DNA from: Eledone cirrhosa
Lineage: Eukaryota
Length of the DNA: 64,000 nt
Assembly (NCBI GenBank): GCA_964016885.1
Contig: OZ024747.1
Coordinates: forward strand, 15,686,001-15,750,000
Reading direction: 5' to 3'
Below are positions 13,983 through 28,600 of this stretch, piece by piece. Below the pieces are notes generated by a model. That model ran no database searches and was not told the DNA's origin. It saw nothing but the letters and a program-made list of their open reading frames with translations. Numbering within the stretch: the stretch's first letter is position 1; every line of letters begins with the position of its first letter. Made by a program: the position numbers and the translations under genes.

Positions 13983-14905
13983 TATATATATGTGTGTGTG
14001 TGAGTGTGTGTGGTGCAATTCATATGTATATGAATATCTCGGTGTGTATATCAGATGATAATGTTTGAATCTCTGTCGAAGTTTGGTCATATGTGTTTCT
14101 ATATTATTGCATACAAATCGTAAAAAAATAGATACGGCACATAAAATACGTGTTAAAAAACAAAATTGAAATCCGACAACAAATAAAAATAAATAAGACA
14201 GCTCTCAGTTTTAAAAACTAACTTGGAAGAAAGCAGTCGAACATAAATAAGGCAAAAGTAAAACCTAATAAAACGTTAAATATATTTTTTTGAAAAGCTG
14301 TTTCACACCAGGGAAGCTATTTAGTCTCGTTTCAGATAGTTACATGAAACACAAATAGACCGAAGCTAGCATGCTGAGGTTGACAAGAATGCACGCAAAG
14401 GATGAGAGAAACCAACTGGAAGTGGCGACAGACCGGAACTAGCAAGCATGCTATGGGCTAGCAATGAATGGCTCGACGGGGAACTTTAAAAAATCTCCTA
14501 AAAGCTCATTCACTTGTCTTATTCTTGAGGGTATGCTCCGATTGTAAGGCCAAGAATAGAGTCTAATGAAAAAAAGGATTCCTTTCAAGACATAGAAAAT
14601 ACATTTGGCATCAGAATACTTAGTCAGTATTATATAGTGTAATCCGGTTGCCGGTCTGGCCGTATTAGTTTACCAAGGAGTAGAATATGGTGAAATAAAG
14701 AATGAATGAGAAATTCAGCAATAGTGTGCATGAAAAAATAATACACCACAAAACACAAAATATCAGACATGCACACACATTTTTTGTGTATTTCTATACT
14801 TATATATTTTATGTGTCACCTTGCACATACACATCGCTCTTCTTCTCTCTCTTTCTACCCGTACATATAAATGTACATGTACGTATATATATTTATATAT
14901 ATAAA

Positions 14906-14996
<91 letters not shown>

Positions 14997-15524
14997 GGAT
15001 GGTATTGTTGTTATAATATTGTCAGGATTATATATATATATATAATATATATGTATGTATATCATACATATATGTGTGTGTATATTCATATATACCTGTG
15101 AGTGTGTGAGTGTTTAAATATATATATACATAAACATATGCATATATCGCTACCTCCATAAATCCCACATATACACACATACGTAGCAGATTGTATGCAC
15201 ATTGAATATGTAAAATTCTCTATCATGTTCAAAACATGTTCATTAATGCTTCTACCCTCGACTCACATGTTGACATAAACATATGTATATTACATGTTGA
15301 CATAAACATATATATATCATATAGCAATAACCTCTACAGGACTAGAATTGTTTCGTTCATATGACATCATCACGAGGATTTCACACGAATAAAACAGAGT
15401 GCTGTAGAATTCCTTTCTTATAAGAGGTTTATACACTACCAACATATTACGTATTTTCTTTAAATGTCGTCACCTCCCGATCCCTGTCGGGAATTTTATA
15501 CACACACACATACACACACGCACG

Positions 15525-15622
<98 letters not shown>

Positions 15623-15697
15623 TACATATATGTATATATGTATTTATGTATATATGTATTTTTATATTTATGTATAGAAATATACGTATATATATAT

Positions 15698-15741
<44 letters not shown>

Positions 15742-15758
15742 CACATATATATATATAT

Positions 15759-15887
15759 ACAAATTAAAATGAAGAATTAGAAATAAGAGCCACTGATAAT
15801 GGATAGTCCTGACTTCTATTTCTAATTTTTCATTTAATTTGTATATCACATATGCAACAACACAGCACGCCATTGTTCATTCTTTCC

Positions 15888-15888
<1 letters not shown>
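15759..15888 (+). repeat. Short inverted repeat + tail insert in (TA)n
   Basis: ACAAATTAAAATGAAGAATTAGAAATA pairs with TATTTCTAATTTTTCATTTAATTTGT across a ~25-nt spacer. Confidence 0.65.
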
Positions 15889-15920
<32 letters not shown>

Positions 15921-15921
<1 letters not shown>

Positions 15922-16116
15922 ACGAAGAAAATGTCGTGAGGAACCAGATGGACCATAACGCACCAAAGTACTCAATACTTAGGGTAGTAGAGTGGGTAAT
16001 AGGAACAAGTGTGACCCTGACGGCAGAGCTCCAGCCGTTTCGACGGCTAATTCTGGACTCAGTCCAGAATTAGCCGTCGAAAGGGCTTGAGCTCTGCCGT
16101 CGGGGTCATACTTGTT

Positions 16117-16121
<5 letters not shown>
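15921..16121 (-). mobile_element. Family B copy 3
   Basis: Tail 15921-15998 and palindrome 15999-16121 centred on CTGGAC-TCA-GTCCAG. Confidence 0.88.
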
Positions 16122-16167
<46 letters not shown>

Positions 16168-16169
<2 letters not shown>

Positions 16170-16460
16170 GATATTACTAAATGGAAACTATATTTATAAA
16201 ACCATATTTATTTCGTTATACATATTTCAAGGACACCAAGTTAAATTATGGTGTGCTTTCATCAGATAAAATATAATATAGAGCAGTTTTATAGATAAAT
16301 ATTGAAGTACTCTTAAAGAATGCAACCATTGCAGTTGGAAGCTCCCGGATAGTTTCCATTTGGTAATATATTATTTTTACTCCAAATAATTGTTGAGTGC
16401 CTTATATCAGTATAAAAATATTTGCTTGTTGTATCCCAACAATTTAAATAGAACTTTTAC
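16168..16460 (+). mobile_element. Family A copy 4, right arm missing
   Basis: Left arm to the centre (GCTCCCGGAT) joined directly to AGTTTCCATT and the tail; close to copy 1. Confidence 0.85.
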
Positions 16461-16638
16461 ATATATATATATATATATTTATTAAACAGATTAAAGTTTA
16501 AGCAAAGAATCGCTGCTTTCACCCTTAACGAGATCTTCTGAGTTTCAATAAATATTTGCTCTACGGTTCTTATATATTTGATATATATTTATCCTTATCG
16601 AGCCCTCTTTGGATTTTAGTCTTAAAATTTATTATTAT

Positions 16639-16690
<52 letters not shown>

Positions 16691-17513
16691 AAAAAGATAT
16701 ATATGTATATATATATATATCTTTTTTTTCATATATATGTATATCTTTTTTTTTCATATATATGTATATATGTATATGTGTGTGTCTGTATGCACGTGTG
16801 TATATATATGTATGTATACACCCAATTTGTTGGTATTTAGCATTACGTAACGCATGCAATCGGAATTTAACCCAATGTGGAATATGTAAATGAAAGGCGT
16901 GAAATTGTATTGTGTTGAGTTTCTAGAAAGCTATTTCCCGCCTCCCCAGTCACATCAACACACCTTTCAATTACGACTGTGTCGGAGAAGGAGCTATTCT
17001 ACTGACCTCGCCCTCTAGTGAATAGTGTACTGACTACATTAGAGATACATAGTTGGCTGATGCAGGTTAGTGACTTAGTGACTGGTTGAGGTTTTATCTG
17101 ATGCTGATGCTGGTGATGACCTTAAAAATTCGAGTGACAAGAAAATACAGATAAACTCATGAAATAGTAAGAAGAATATTTTTCAAGGGATACCCTACTG
17201 TCTTAAAGGGGCGACAATTTGAATAAGGTATTTTCTGTGTGTGATGATTGAAAAACTAGTAAAGGTTAGGCCGGTCACAGCAGTAATGTCATTGGGTTTT
17301 TGTCGACTGAATCAAGGGTGACCAGGGGCTTAACGGCATCCCAAATTTTGTAAGAATGTGTTAAAATTCTGAAGAATAGCTGAGTCATTAGCAATAATAC
17401 AAGAGGAGCACCCAAAGTTCAAATTTATGAATAGAATCCATTCAAGATATTGTTACAGCGCTGGGTTATGCAACCGTTTGTTTCTCATATTGTTATGTAT
17501 TATTTATGTTACT

Positions 17514-17698
17514 GAGGGCGGTGAATTGGCAGTATCGGGAGAAGGTTGGACGCCATGCTTTCTAGAATAGTTACGCTCCTTTACGGTCTGAGTTCAAATC
17601 CCGTCGAGGTTAACTTTGCCTTACGGGATCGATACAATAAAGTACCAGTAATGTACTGGATCATTGCTGGCCTTGTGCTAAAAGTAGAAACAATTATT
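17514..17698 (+). mobile_element. SINE family S1 copy
   Basis: Runs from GGGCGGTGAATTGGCAGTATCGG through GAGTTCAAATCCCG to GGCCTTGTGCTAAAAGTAGAAACAATTATT. Confidence 0.85.
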
Positions 17699-18933
17699 TA
17701 AGTTACTGATTTTGCGATTGCTTTCTTTACTTGCAGACAAGCAATATGTTCGTTTTGTTTTTCCTTCGAATTTTCACTATTGTCATAGCTAATTTCTTGC
17801 ACCTGCAACATTTTATGATGCGCATGTAGCACCATATATCGTATTAGAGTTTGTTCTGTAACAATTTGAAATTCCCTGAACGAATTGATCGCGCCTGTAA
17901 AGAGAGTGTTGATATTATATAGACCCAAGTAAAAACTGACACATTTCGATGTATGATCAAATATAGTAATGTTTACGTCGTGTGTTAATTTAGGGGTAGA
18001 GTATCCAATATATCCTTCTATTTTCAAATGGTGGTATGTTACATTATAGAGATTTGGTTGGTAATTCTAGTAGGCTGGGCGTCAATAAAAGGCCACACAT
18101 TTAACTCTTACTAAAAAGATATTGCGTTTTACGTGTCAGACATACGGATGATGTAAAGAATTACGCCTGAAACCTATGTGTTTACAATGCCAGTTGTGCT
18201 TTTATATGATATAATTATGCTAAAGCAAATTCCTTTATAGAAGGAGTCAATGTCCTTGAATAAAATCTCTAACATTTATTATTGTGCTGCTTTTAACTAC
18301 AAGTTATAGCATTCCGTGTATAGCTACATAATGATACTAATTTGTTTACTTTACACTGGTTTACATCACTGCTATACAACATTATTTTCTGAAACCTATA
18401 TTGTGATTGTATTACTCTTCCCTAATATGAGGTGAGAATGTGGAAGTGTTTAAATAATGAGTTGACATGATATGAATATTCTGGAATTTCGAGCTCTTGC
18501 CATTTGTCAGAAAGTGAAGAAGTGAATAAAAGTAGTATAGTTTTCATTGTATGCAAGATAATGCCTTACAGCCTATCTCCCAGGCATACCAAACATTTGA
18601 TCTGAAGCTCCTCGCAGTAATTGCATATATTTTCCGCTTCCACATATACTAAATTTCTTCTTAACTTAAGATAATTCCAGATATATATGGTGTAGAACTA
18701 CTGAGTTAAATGGTATTCATTGGAATCAATCAACGTAAAGGACAACATATCAGTTTGGATGAAGCAGTACATCTGCATTCTCCGGCACCGAGATATGAAC
18801 TCAGATTGCAGAGAGATAGATAAATACTCGAAGCCTCTCTATCCACTATTCTAACTACAATACGCTTTAGTGTACATATGTTTGAATATATGCATATGGA
18901 TACACGATTATACAGAGACACAGACACACACGC

Positions 18934-18974
<41 letters not shown>

Positions 18975-19123
18975 CCGGGAACCTTATAGGCACCCGATTT
19001 ACGTGTGTAATGTTGAGGCAAATAACTATGTGTATACTCTGGTAATGTATCTTACATTGCCCATTGAGTACGCTGGATACAACCGGTACTGGCATTGATA
19101 AATATGCTGAATCCGTCAACCCT

Positions 19124-19180
<57 letters not shown>

Positions 19181-21793
19181 CCGATATTTACAAGGTTTAC
19201 AAATAAACATATATATTCATATAGACATATGTGATTGTGTGTGTGTTTGTTTGTGTGCGTGTGTATGCGCGTGTGTGTGCTCAAATGTGAGTGGGTGTAT
19301 GTGAATTATCTGTCTGTTTGTGTGTCGTTATAGATTATTCATTATAGTTTAGCCTCAGAACATATTTTAGACAACATATTATCAATTTTGTTTTAGTCAT
19401 TACAGCAATTCCTTTCTTGTTGACCCTTTTAAACATATAATTATTTTCATTTAAATTTCTTTTCTAATCATGCTTGATTCTATATAGAAATAGGAAACAC
19501 TCTTGAAAGGAAATAATAAAAACAATATAGCAGACGAAACCAAAACCAAACAAAAACCAACAAATTGTATTATTATACATAGTGAAGACTGAAATAAATG
19601 TTATTAAATAGTCAGAGAAAGCCATTCATTATAATCCATTTAAAGGAATAATTATTGTAAGCTTAATTAATTAAAATCTATTTTTTCTGTCTGTCAAAAT
19701 TATAATATACTAAAGATTTTCATTTCGAGATTATTGAAGGACCTACAATCAATTATTGAAATGAATGGAAACAAAAATTGTTCCAATGAAAGAAAGATAT
19801 AATTTAATTATGGTGGAAACAATAGGAGTTGTTTGTCACATATTTCTTATCAGTTCCTGAAAAATCAGTAAAATATTCGGTAAATAACATTTTAGTATCA
19901 ATTCAATGAGAACAATAGGTTATATTTTGCTGGATTGGGAGTTTGTGACATTCATCCCTTACATGATTCTAGGGAAAATATAAGTGAAAAAATGAGAAAT
20001 AGTTAAAAGTCTGTAGCATTATTTAGAACATTACTATTCCATCAAACTTATGTAAATGTCCAGTTTTTTTTGTGTTATTTTATTTGCACTGCATGAGACA
20101 AATAGCTGATATTGTTGCATATCTGGCATTATCAAGTATACGAAGGATGAATATCGTACTAGATATAACCATTCCATATATAGGGACATAGTTTCGTAAT
20201 CTAAATATCCGAGAGAAAGTAATTTCTATCAATTCGGACTATTCTTGCAATTTGTAAACTATTTGAAGCCCATGCGGATATTGAATAGCAGGTAAACGAA
20301 ATAAAAATAAGATCTATAGTTTGAGCTTGTCAGACATTTAACAACATTCCAAATTCCATGGAAGAGAACTGTCTATTAAATCAATCTTGCCCGATGTAAA
20401 GGAATTCTTAGATCGAATGTTATCTTCTCAGGAACGCATATATATTTAACAATGTGGTTAGACGAGAATGTTCAAATATATACATGCATATAAGAAAAGA
20501 TGAAAAGCGAAATTAAGATGTATACATACATGCTAAGTGTTCATTTATTTGTTTGCCTCTTAGTACATGCACACCTCAAAGGGAGTTCTGTTTTGGAAAT
20601 TGTGATGATAGTCATAGTTTATAAAATTGTAGGTATAAAGTGAGTGAAAAGAGAATATTTACTATTCTAGAATTAACAATGGATTCCTTACTTATTGACA
20701 GAATAATTTTTATCACCAGAACGCCAATATAGTGTTGTTTTATCTACGTTTTCTGTTGGAAATTACAATATAACATTCAATAATTTTTTTCTGATATTAT
20801 TTATTCTCCCATGTTGGATATATTCATTTCTACCTTAATATTTTTCAATGATTTGTCATTTCAGTTTTTATCTCGCCGTCGTTTTTTCTGTCATTTTCGT
20901 ATTATTATGAATTACTTTTTCTATTTTTCAAATATCATATTAGCCAAAGCCGTTATCTAGCTTCGTTCGTATTTTGTATTTCAGATCACAGCAGCCTATC
21001 ATGTTTTAATATTTCCTTTTTTTTTTTACCTCACAAATTTTCAAACATGCATACACGTATGATGTAATCATTTACCACTTTATTTTTTTACCACAATTTT
21101 CAAATTCATAATTCATTTCTTTTTGCTTGCTTTTTTCTTCTCTTTACTTTGGTTCCTTTTATTGTTTCCTTTATTTCCGAGAAGAGTTCATCCAATAGAT
21201 AATCATTTCATGACGCGTTCTCTTACTATTCACCCATTCATTATAATCTTTCACTTTCAACAAATATATTTTTTAAATTTTATATTTCCGTCTCATTTTC
21301 GCATGCATTCATACTACATACATTAATATAACATAACATAAAAAAATAATATAATATACATATGCATTAAAGAAAGACAATAAAAATATCTAGGCATACA
21401 CAGCGTAAACATCTCTGTGAATTCACGTGTCTGTATTAATACATACAAACACTTATTCTCTTCTTATTTTCCATCGAAGTCGGCCTCCATTGAACAATTC
21501 TTTGCAATTTCCGGTTTCACTATCTGCTCTCTGTGCTTGTATTGTCAACGTCGATGCACCATTGACGACTAATTCAGAATCTAGTCGAATACGTTAATAT
21601 GGAAATCGGTTCTTAATTTGCTTTTATTATGGGAAGATGTGAAAAATTATCTCTGCTTGAGTAGACTCTCTTTATCTCCTGTCGACTGAATGACTAGTCA
21701 CCCATAGTGTTATTTTGTGATAACACACATATACATATACACACGCACGCACACACACATACATAGTCACACATACTCACACATACACACAAA

Positions 21794-21848
<55 letters not shown>

Positions 21849-22152
21849 ATAACACAATAACGTATATGAAGCCTATACACTACTGTTCTCTCACAGAAAT
21901 AGGAACAAATATTGGAAGAATAAAAAACTGGGCATTTAGTTCAAACCGCAAACGTGAACACATATTCATATGCAGATGTGCGGAAACTTACATAAATAAA
22001 GTTATACACACCAAAGCACTCGTGAATATATATGCATGTGTTCATATATACACACATATATATATATATACGCATGCGTAAACATATACATATATATATA
22101 TATATATATATATGTATTCATACATACAAAAAAAAAAAATATATATATATAC

Positions 22153-22191
<39 letters not shown>

Positions 22192-22192
22192 C

Positions 22193-22269
<77 letters not shown>

Positions 22270-23353
22270 TTAAAACCCCAAAACAAATACAATAACGAAG
22301 AGTGCAGTACAAACGGTGTTAATATTAGGTTCACGCTTGAGAGTGTGGAGGGGGGGATATATATATATATATAAAACACACACACACACGTATATATATA
22401 TATATATTCGCAGATTAGTTTGTATTTTTATGATGTCCTCTTCACAATCATGATGTTCCGTGTTCAGTCGTTTACATTGCTTGGTATATTCAGTGAGTAA
22501 TGTGAAGGCGCCCAAGAGGTTTAAGCAAAATTGGGTTGACATAAACTGTATGGAATCCTGTCGCATGGGCTATATCTGTAATTCAAAGATGCAAACACGT
22601 GACACGGCGTCACACTGTGGCACGCCGTAAATCATATATCCGGTTGTGGATTATGCAACTATTTTGCTCGCTAGATCAATGCGTAGGCTGTTTAATTGAT
22701 CAAAATCCAGAAACGCTGACGTCGTTCTTAACGTGCAGGCTTTATATATATTGCTTTTAAGCCTTTCCCCTTCTCTCTAGATTGAATATTTCACCACATA
22801 TCTGTAGTTTTGCAATTTGTGAGGCTTATATAACCGATAATGATTTTTGTTTCTCATGTTCACGTCCCTGTATGATTAAATTAACTTGTCTGACAGAAAA
22901 ATGATCTGATATACGTTGAAATAATTCTAGAGACTAAATTCTTAAACCCTTTGGCATTTAAACGGGCTGTACTCGGCCAGATTTATCTCACCTCTTTCTG
23001 TTCAATCGGTATTGTTCTCAAAATAAATAACATCAAAATCTCGTAGATTCGATATTATGTGAGATAATTATGTAAGGTAAAGCATTTACCATGAAAATAT
23101 AATAATAACTATAGATTAATGTAAATGCTAAACGGTTAAAAATGTGCTTGCCATAACTTTGATTAAAGATTAATGAATTATTATTCGAAAATAATACATA
23201 TGTAGCATAACATTGTTGTGGGTATTGGTAACTTCAGTGCCTGACAGTGACTAGTATTTTCACCCATACATAAAAACACGCACACACACAAATGTATACC
23301 TACCTACATACATACACACACACACATACATACACACACACTCTTTCACACAC

Positions 23354-23418
<65 letters not shown>

Positions 23419-23456
23419 CTCTCACACACATACACACACATATATATATATATGTA

Positions 23457-23548
23457 TTGGAAAAGAGTCAGGACCCCGACAGCTTGTCTACGGCCGGTTC
23501 GAGTACTCTGGTGCGTTATGGCACCTGGTTTCTTACCACACTTTCTTT

Positions 23549-23553
<5 letters not shown>
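23457..23553 (+). mobile_element. Family B copy 4, internally deleted
   Basis: Start of the left arm fused at TCGAGTACT to the distal tail. Confidence 0.7.
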
Positions 23554-23588
<35 letters not shown>

Positions 23589-24145
23589 TGTTTATACCCG
23601 TATATGTACGTACATAGATATAGCTATATTCAAACAATATGTTAATTGGTTTAAATTATGTCCACACTTCTCTCGAAAAGATCGAAGTATCGATGCGGGC
23701 GTCATGTATATCATATCGTTATAGATCTCGAGCCAGATAGACAGAATCAACATAAAAACTGACATGTTCACACATATTCACATTACTAATGCACATTTAC
23801 ATAGAACTAGATCGATATATACATGCGGACAAATACACAGCATCAATCTACCTCATCCTAACACATATATCATCAACATTAATAGACCTGAAACTTTAAC
23901 ACAATACTGCATATGCACCCACATTCACTCCTACATGCCCGTCTAAAGCTTTCCTCATACACTGCGACCCTTTTCGGTTATTCCTCTTTCCTATTATTTC
24001 TTTCTTTCAAATTCCCCTTTCTCCTAACTTCTATTTTACCTTGATAAAAGAAGGACTTACGTCTAACACTTCCAGGCATTCCTTTTCTTAATAGTAATAG
24101 TTATAGTAGTGTCAGTATTAGTATAGGTAGTAGAATGTGTTGCTA

Positions 24146-24150
24146 TTATT

Positions 24151-24202
<52 letters not shown>

Positions 24203-24227
24203 CAGCAGCAGCATAAGCAGCAGCAGC

Positions 24228-24280
<53 letters not shown>

Positions 24281-24338
24281 CAGTAGTAGTAGTAGTAGAA
24301 GCAACAGCAGCAGCAACAGTAGTAGTAATAGTAGTAGT
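24146..24338. repeat. (TAG)n/(CAG)n compound microsatellite
   Basis: Direct inspection. Confidence 0.95.
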
Positions 24339-24711
24339 GGAAGGAATGTTGTAAATAAACATGAATAAGAGAAAGAGGTAACATGAAACGCAAGGAAAAG
24401 CAATTATTATAAACACTACAACTTTCATTACCTTCCCCATCATAGCTAGCATTAAATGATAGCTTTTGACTTTTGTTACAAAAGCTTCTCCATTAGTATC
24501 GGTTAGAAAAGACCAAGATCGAAAGCGTTGAATCAACATTCATGACTGATGCAAATATAAATGCAGTCTTGCGAAATTTCCACTTGATTTGAAAAACTCT
24601 TTTCGACGCGGGCAGCAGGTGACGGACACCTTTGCTAGAATATAGCAGTAAAGAAGTACAACAATAGAGCATTGACACAGAGAGAAATCATTATAAACCA
24701 TTATATAATTA

Positions 24712-24736
24712 AATAATAATGATAATATTAATGATG

Positions 24737-24791
<55 letters not shown>

Positions 24792-24983
24792 TAATAATAA
24801 TAATGATTTCTTTATTAACCACAAGGGTTTACATAAAGTAGACATTAAGGACAGTGCAGGACAATACAGTACGGTACAAATGGGCATTTCTGCGTGTAAA
24901 AAAACAAAAAAAAACAGAGAGTGTAACAAAAAATAACAATGAAAAATTCCCCAATAGGGGGGGAGACTTCGGAGGGACATTTG

Positions 24984-25023
<40 letters not shown>
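24712..25023. repeat. (AAT)n microsatellite interrupted by LINE 3' stubs
   Basis: Direct inspection. Confidence 0.9.
24804..24986 (-). mobile_element. 5'-truncated 3' stub of a related Tx1-like LINE
   Basis: Shares the terminal CCCTTGTGG(T/C)(T/C)AATAAA.GAAATC(ATT)n and the AACAATGAAAA.TTCCCCAATA block with the full-length element; bounded by (AAT)n. Confidence 0.75.
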
Positions 25024-25025
<2 letters not shown>

Positions 25026-25150
25026 TTTATTTATTGGCCACAAGGGCTGACATCAAGAAAAACATCACATACGGAACAGGACGGTACGATGTGGGTTTTG
25101 TGCGTGTAAATATTTTTATTATTTATATAAGAAAAGAAAAAAGACAAATA
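25024..25150 (-). mobile_element. Second 3' stub of a related Tx1-like LINE
   Basis: Ends GCCCTTGTGGCCAATAAATAAATC(ATT)n on the minus strand; the internal part resembles the stub at 24804. Confidence 0.7.
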
Positions 25151-25157
25151 ATAAAAA

Positions 25158-25336
25158 TAATTGTTTCTACTTTTGGCACAAGGCCAGCAATTATCCCAGT
25201 GTATTACTGGTACTTTATTTTATAGACCCTGTAAAGATGAAAGGCAAAGTTAACCTCGGCGAGATTTGAACTCAGATCATAAAGGGAGGTAACTATATGC
25301 TTCAAAGCATAGCGTCCGACGCTCTACCGATACTGC
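25158..25336 (-). mobile_element. tRNA-derived SINE (family S1), slightly 5'-truncated
   Basis: B-box-like GAGTTCAAATC, central GCCTTTCATC..GGGTC.ATAAAATAAAGTACCAG (Meta-domain-like by recall) and tail GGCCTTGTGCCAAAAGTAGAAACAATTATT; several copies in the window. Confidence 0.85.
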
Positions 25337-25610
25337 AATAATAATAATAATAATAATGATTTCATTTATTGGCCACAAGGGCCGACATATAGGGGACAAC
25401 ACAATAGACAGGGACAGTGGGGGTTTACATAGAGATCGAGTAAGTATAAATAACAAAAAAACAAAATAACAATAAAAATACAACAATGAAAGTTCCCCAA
25501 TAAGAGGGATCACCACCCAGGGTTGACTCAAGCACCCCACCAGTCCTGAGCCACCCGACGCTCCTAGGGCACCCGGGAAGGGCACCCCTCTCCTTCTCGA
25601 ATTCACCAGC

Positions 25611-28600
25611 CTACAGGCGCATGATCAGAGTAGGCCCACTCACGCGGGCCATTCTCGCCACATTCACCCACCTTTCAGTAAATGTACTGGGGGGCAGCAC
25701 TTCTCTCTCCACCCTCACCTTCCTTTCCAAGTGAAACTTGAAGAAGTTGATGAGGGATTGGCCGAAGAGAAAAGTGTCTGTCTTCAGTCCTTTCAACCTG
25801 GTCCACCATGCAACCTCTTTCGCTACTGCCACCAGGCAGAGGAAAATTGCCTGCCCTTCCTGACCAAAAGAAGGCGGCGGGTCAATCTTCACTATGGACT
25901 CGGACGATAGCCGGATCCGTTCTACACGCGACAATAGCTGTTCGACATAACCCCACAAGTCAGCAATGCACGGACACTGGACGAGTGCGTGCAGAACGGT
26001 TTCGTCGCTCTGCGCGCATCTCGGGCAGGTTCGTCTGACAGCACTTCCGTGCCTGTAGAGTTTATCCCGAACCGGCAGCGCCCCCCGGTAGCACTGCCAA
26101 GCGAGGGATTTCTGGAAGTTATCCATCGTCCCCGGCTCGAAAGTCCTCCGGAACATACTGGTCAGTTCTACTTCGTTGACGCCCAGAGCCTCTCCTAGTA
26201 CGTCATCGCACTTGCCCTCCACTAATCCTCTATAGAAATCTTGAGTGGAAGTTCCACTGACCGCATTGCCCACCTTGCAGAGTGCAGTGAGCGCCTGGCA
26301 ACATTCCAGATGCCAGTCGCCCAGTCTCGGTCTCTTCTTGACCCAGGACTGCAGCTCAGTCAAAGAGATGAGCTGCGGAAAGGCCCGTCTAACAAACGGC
26401 GACCACACCTGTTCACCGTTTAGGCAAAATATCTGGAGATGTCGCAGCCTCAGCGCATGTCTGCGCATCATTAGCCACGGCATGCCCAGCCCTCCACGAA
26501 GAGGGTGCTGGCAGCAGATGGACCGCCTCACCAACGGGACCCGTCCCCTCCACAAAAATTTGAAAAGGAGCCGTTCCAAATTGGCGAGGCGTGGACGGGG
26601 GCAAGGCACGACGGTCAGGCGGTAGTAGATGACGGACGCGATGTACGCGTTCGCCACCTCCGCCCGCCCTTTCAGTGATAGCTTTCTCTCAGCCCATTTC
26701 TGGGTGAGGTTGGCTATCCTGCTCGTCACCTCGTCCCAATTCTTATCCACCTGGAGGTCTGGTCCGAACCAAACCCCGAGCAACTTTACCGGTCCGTCTG
26801 TCCAGCGCCCAACGACGCTGTTGGACGGCATGGACTTGCCTCTCCAGGTGCCGAGCTGCAAGCCCACCGACTTTTCCGGGTTAAGTTTTGCTCCCGTCAA
26901 CCTTTCATATTCCTCCAAATGGGTGCGGATCACCTCGATTTCCGAGGTGTCCGACACCATCACGGTGATGTCGTCCGCATAAGCGGACGCAGCCTTTCTA
27001 CGTCCCGGTTCGAGCGGGATGCCCTGCAACAACTCCAGCTTCCGCAGTAGAGGCTCAAGAGTCAATACGTACAGAAGTGAGGAGAGAGGGCACCCTTGAC
27101 GGACCGATCGAGAGATCTGAAACGGTTCCGAGAGGTGGCCATTAACTTTGACCACCGAGCGGATGCCGCTGTACATTGCAGCGATCCAGCTTCTGAAGAC
27201 GGGGCCGAAGCCAGCCGCCTCGAGGACAGCCTCCAAGTACCGATGGTCGACCCTATCGAATGCTTTCGATTGATCTAAATTGATCAGAGCCCCACCGAAG
27301 CCAGGTTTGCACCCAACCCTCTCTATGATGTATCGCATGAGGTGGAGGTTGTCGTGTATGGACCTGGTCGGGATTGCGCAAGTTTGCGCCTCCCCAACCA
27401 AATCTTTGGCGACAAGCGCCAACCTTTTCGCTAACACCTTGGCCAAAATCTTAAACTCTGTGTTGAGCAGGGTTATGGGCCTGAAATTATCTAGTGTGTC
27501 CCTCTTGTTCTCGTCTTTCCTTATCAGCGTCACTACGCCACGGCTCACAGAACTGGGAATGCTCCCGTTCTGCTGCCAGTTGCAGTAGAGCGCTTCGAGG
27601 AGATCGGAGAACAAGTCTGGCATATTTACGTAAAGCTCGTAGGGCAGACCATCCAAACCGGGTGACTTGCGACTCGAGCAGCCGACAAGGGCGTCCTGAA
27701 TTTCGGCTGATGTTATCGGCTCTTCGCAGCGCTCAGCGTCGGCCGTCGAGAGGCGTGGCAAGCCGTCGAGGTAGGGACTGAAGTCCGCCGCCGTCTCCGA
27801 CTCACCCATCCTCCCGAACAATCGAGCAAAGTGCTGGCGAAAGGCCTCACACATCTGCTTGGAATCGCTCAGTTCGTGTCCATCTCGATCCGTCAAAGAC
27901 CGAATTGTGGTTTTATTTCCACGCTGCGTCTCTGCAAAGCGAGCCCATCGGGCAGCTTTGCTTCCCTCGTTCCTCAGAGCACGCGCCTTAGCTCTGACAA
28001 TGCAACCTTCGTGTTTCGCATTGAAGAAATGGTCTAGTGCCATTCTCGCCGCTAGCACGTCTGTTGCAATGCCACTACAAATAGCCTCGTCTAACTTAGC
28101 TATCAGCCCCTCCTCCTTTCTATTTTTCTCTATTGCTACTTCTTTGCTAAATCCTATCGAGGTTGCTCTAATCTCTCTTTTGAGTGCCCCCCACCACCTG
28201 TTGTTGACAACCCCCCCTGTCAACTTTTGCTTAACTAAGTTGTTGACCCGGTCCCTGTAAGCTTTACGTGCCGGAAACGACATGTTTAGCTTCCAGTAGC
28301 TAGGTCCTAACCTACGTGTCTTATCTAGGTCGACCATACAGATCACAAGCTTGTGATCTGAATAGGCAACCGTTTTAAAATGTGGACATCCTACACTATT
28401 TCTATCTCTTTTCCTAATGAAAATCCTATCTATGTACGATCTAGGTGACCCTATGCGATTGGTCCAGGTCCATACTGGCGCATTAGGGAAATCTAGTCGG
28501 TACCTGTCAGACAGTTGAAACTGGCTGATCAGGTACTTGAGGCTTTTGCACCCCCCGCTCCTATCAGATACTCCCACACAATCCCAGCGTGCTTCTAAGA

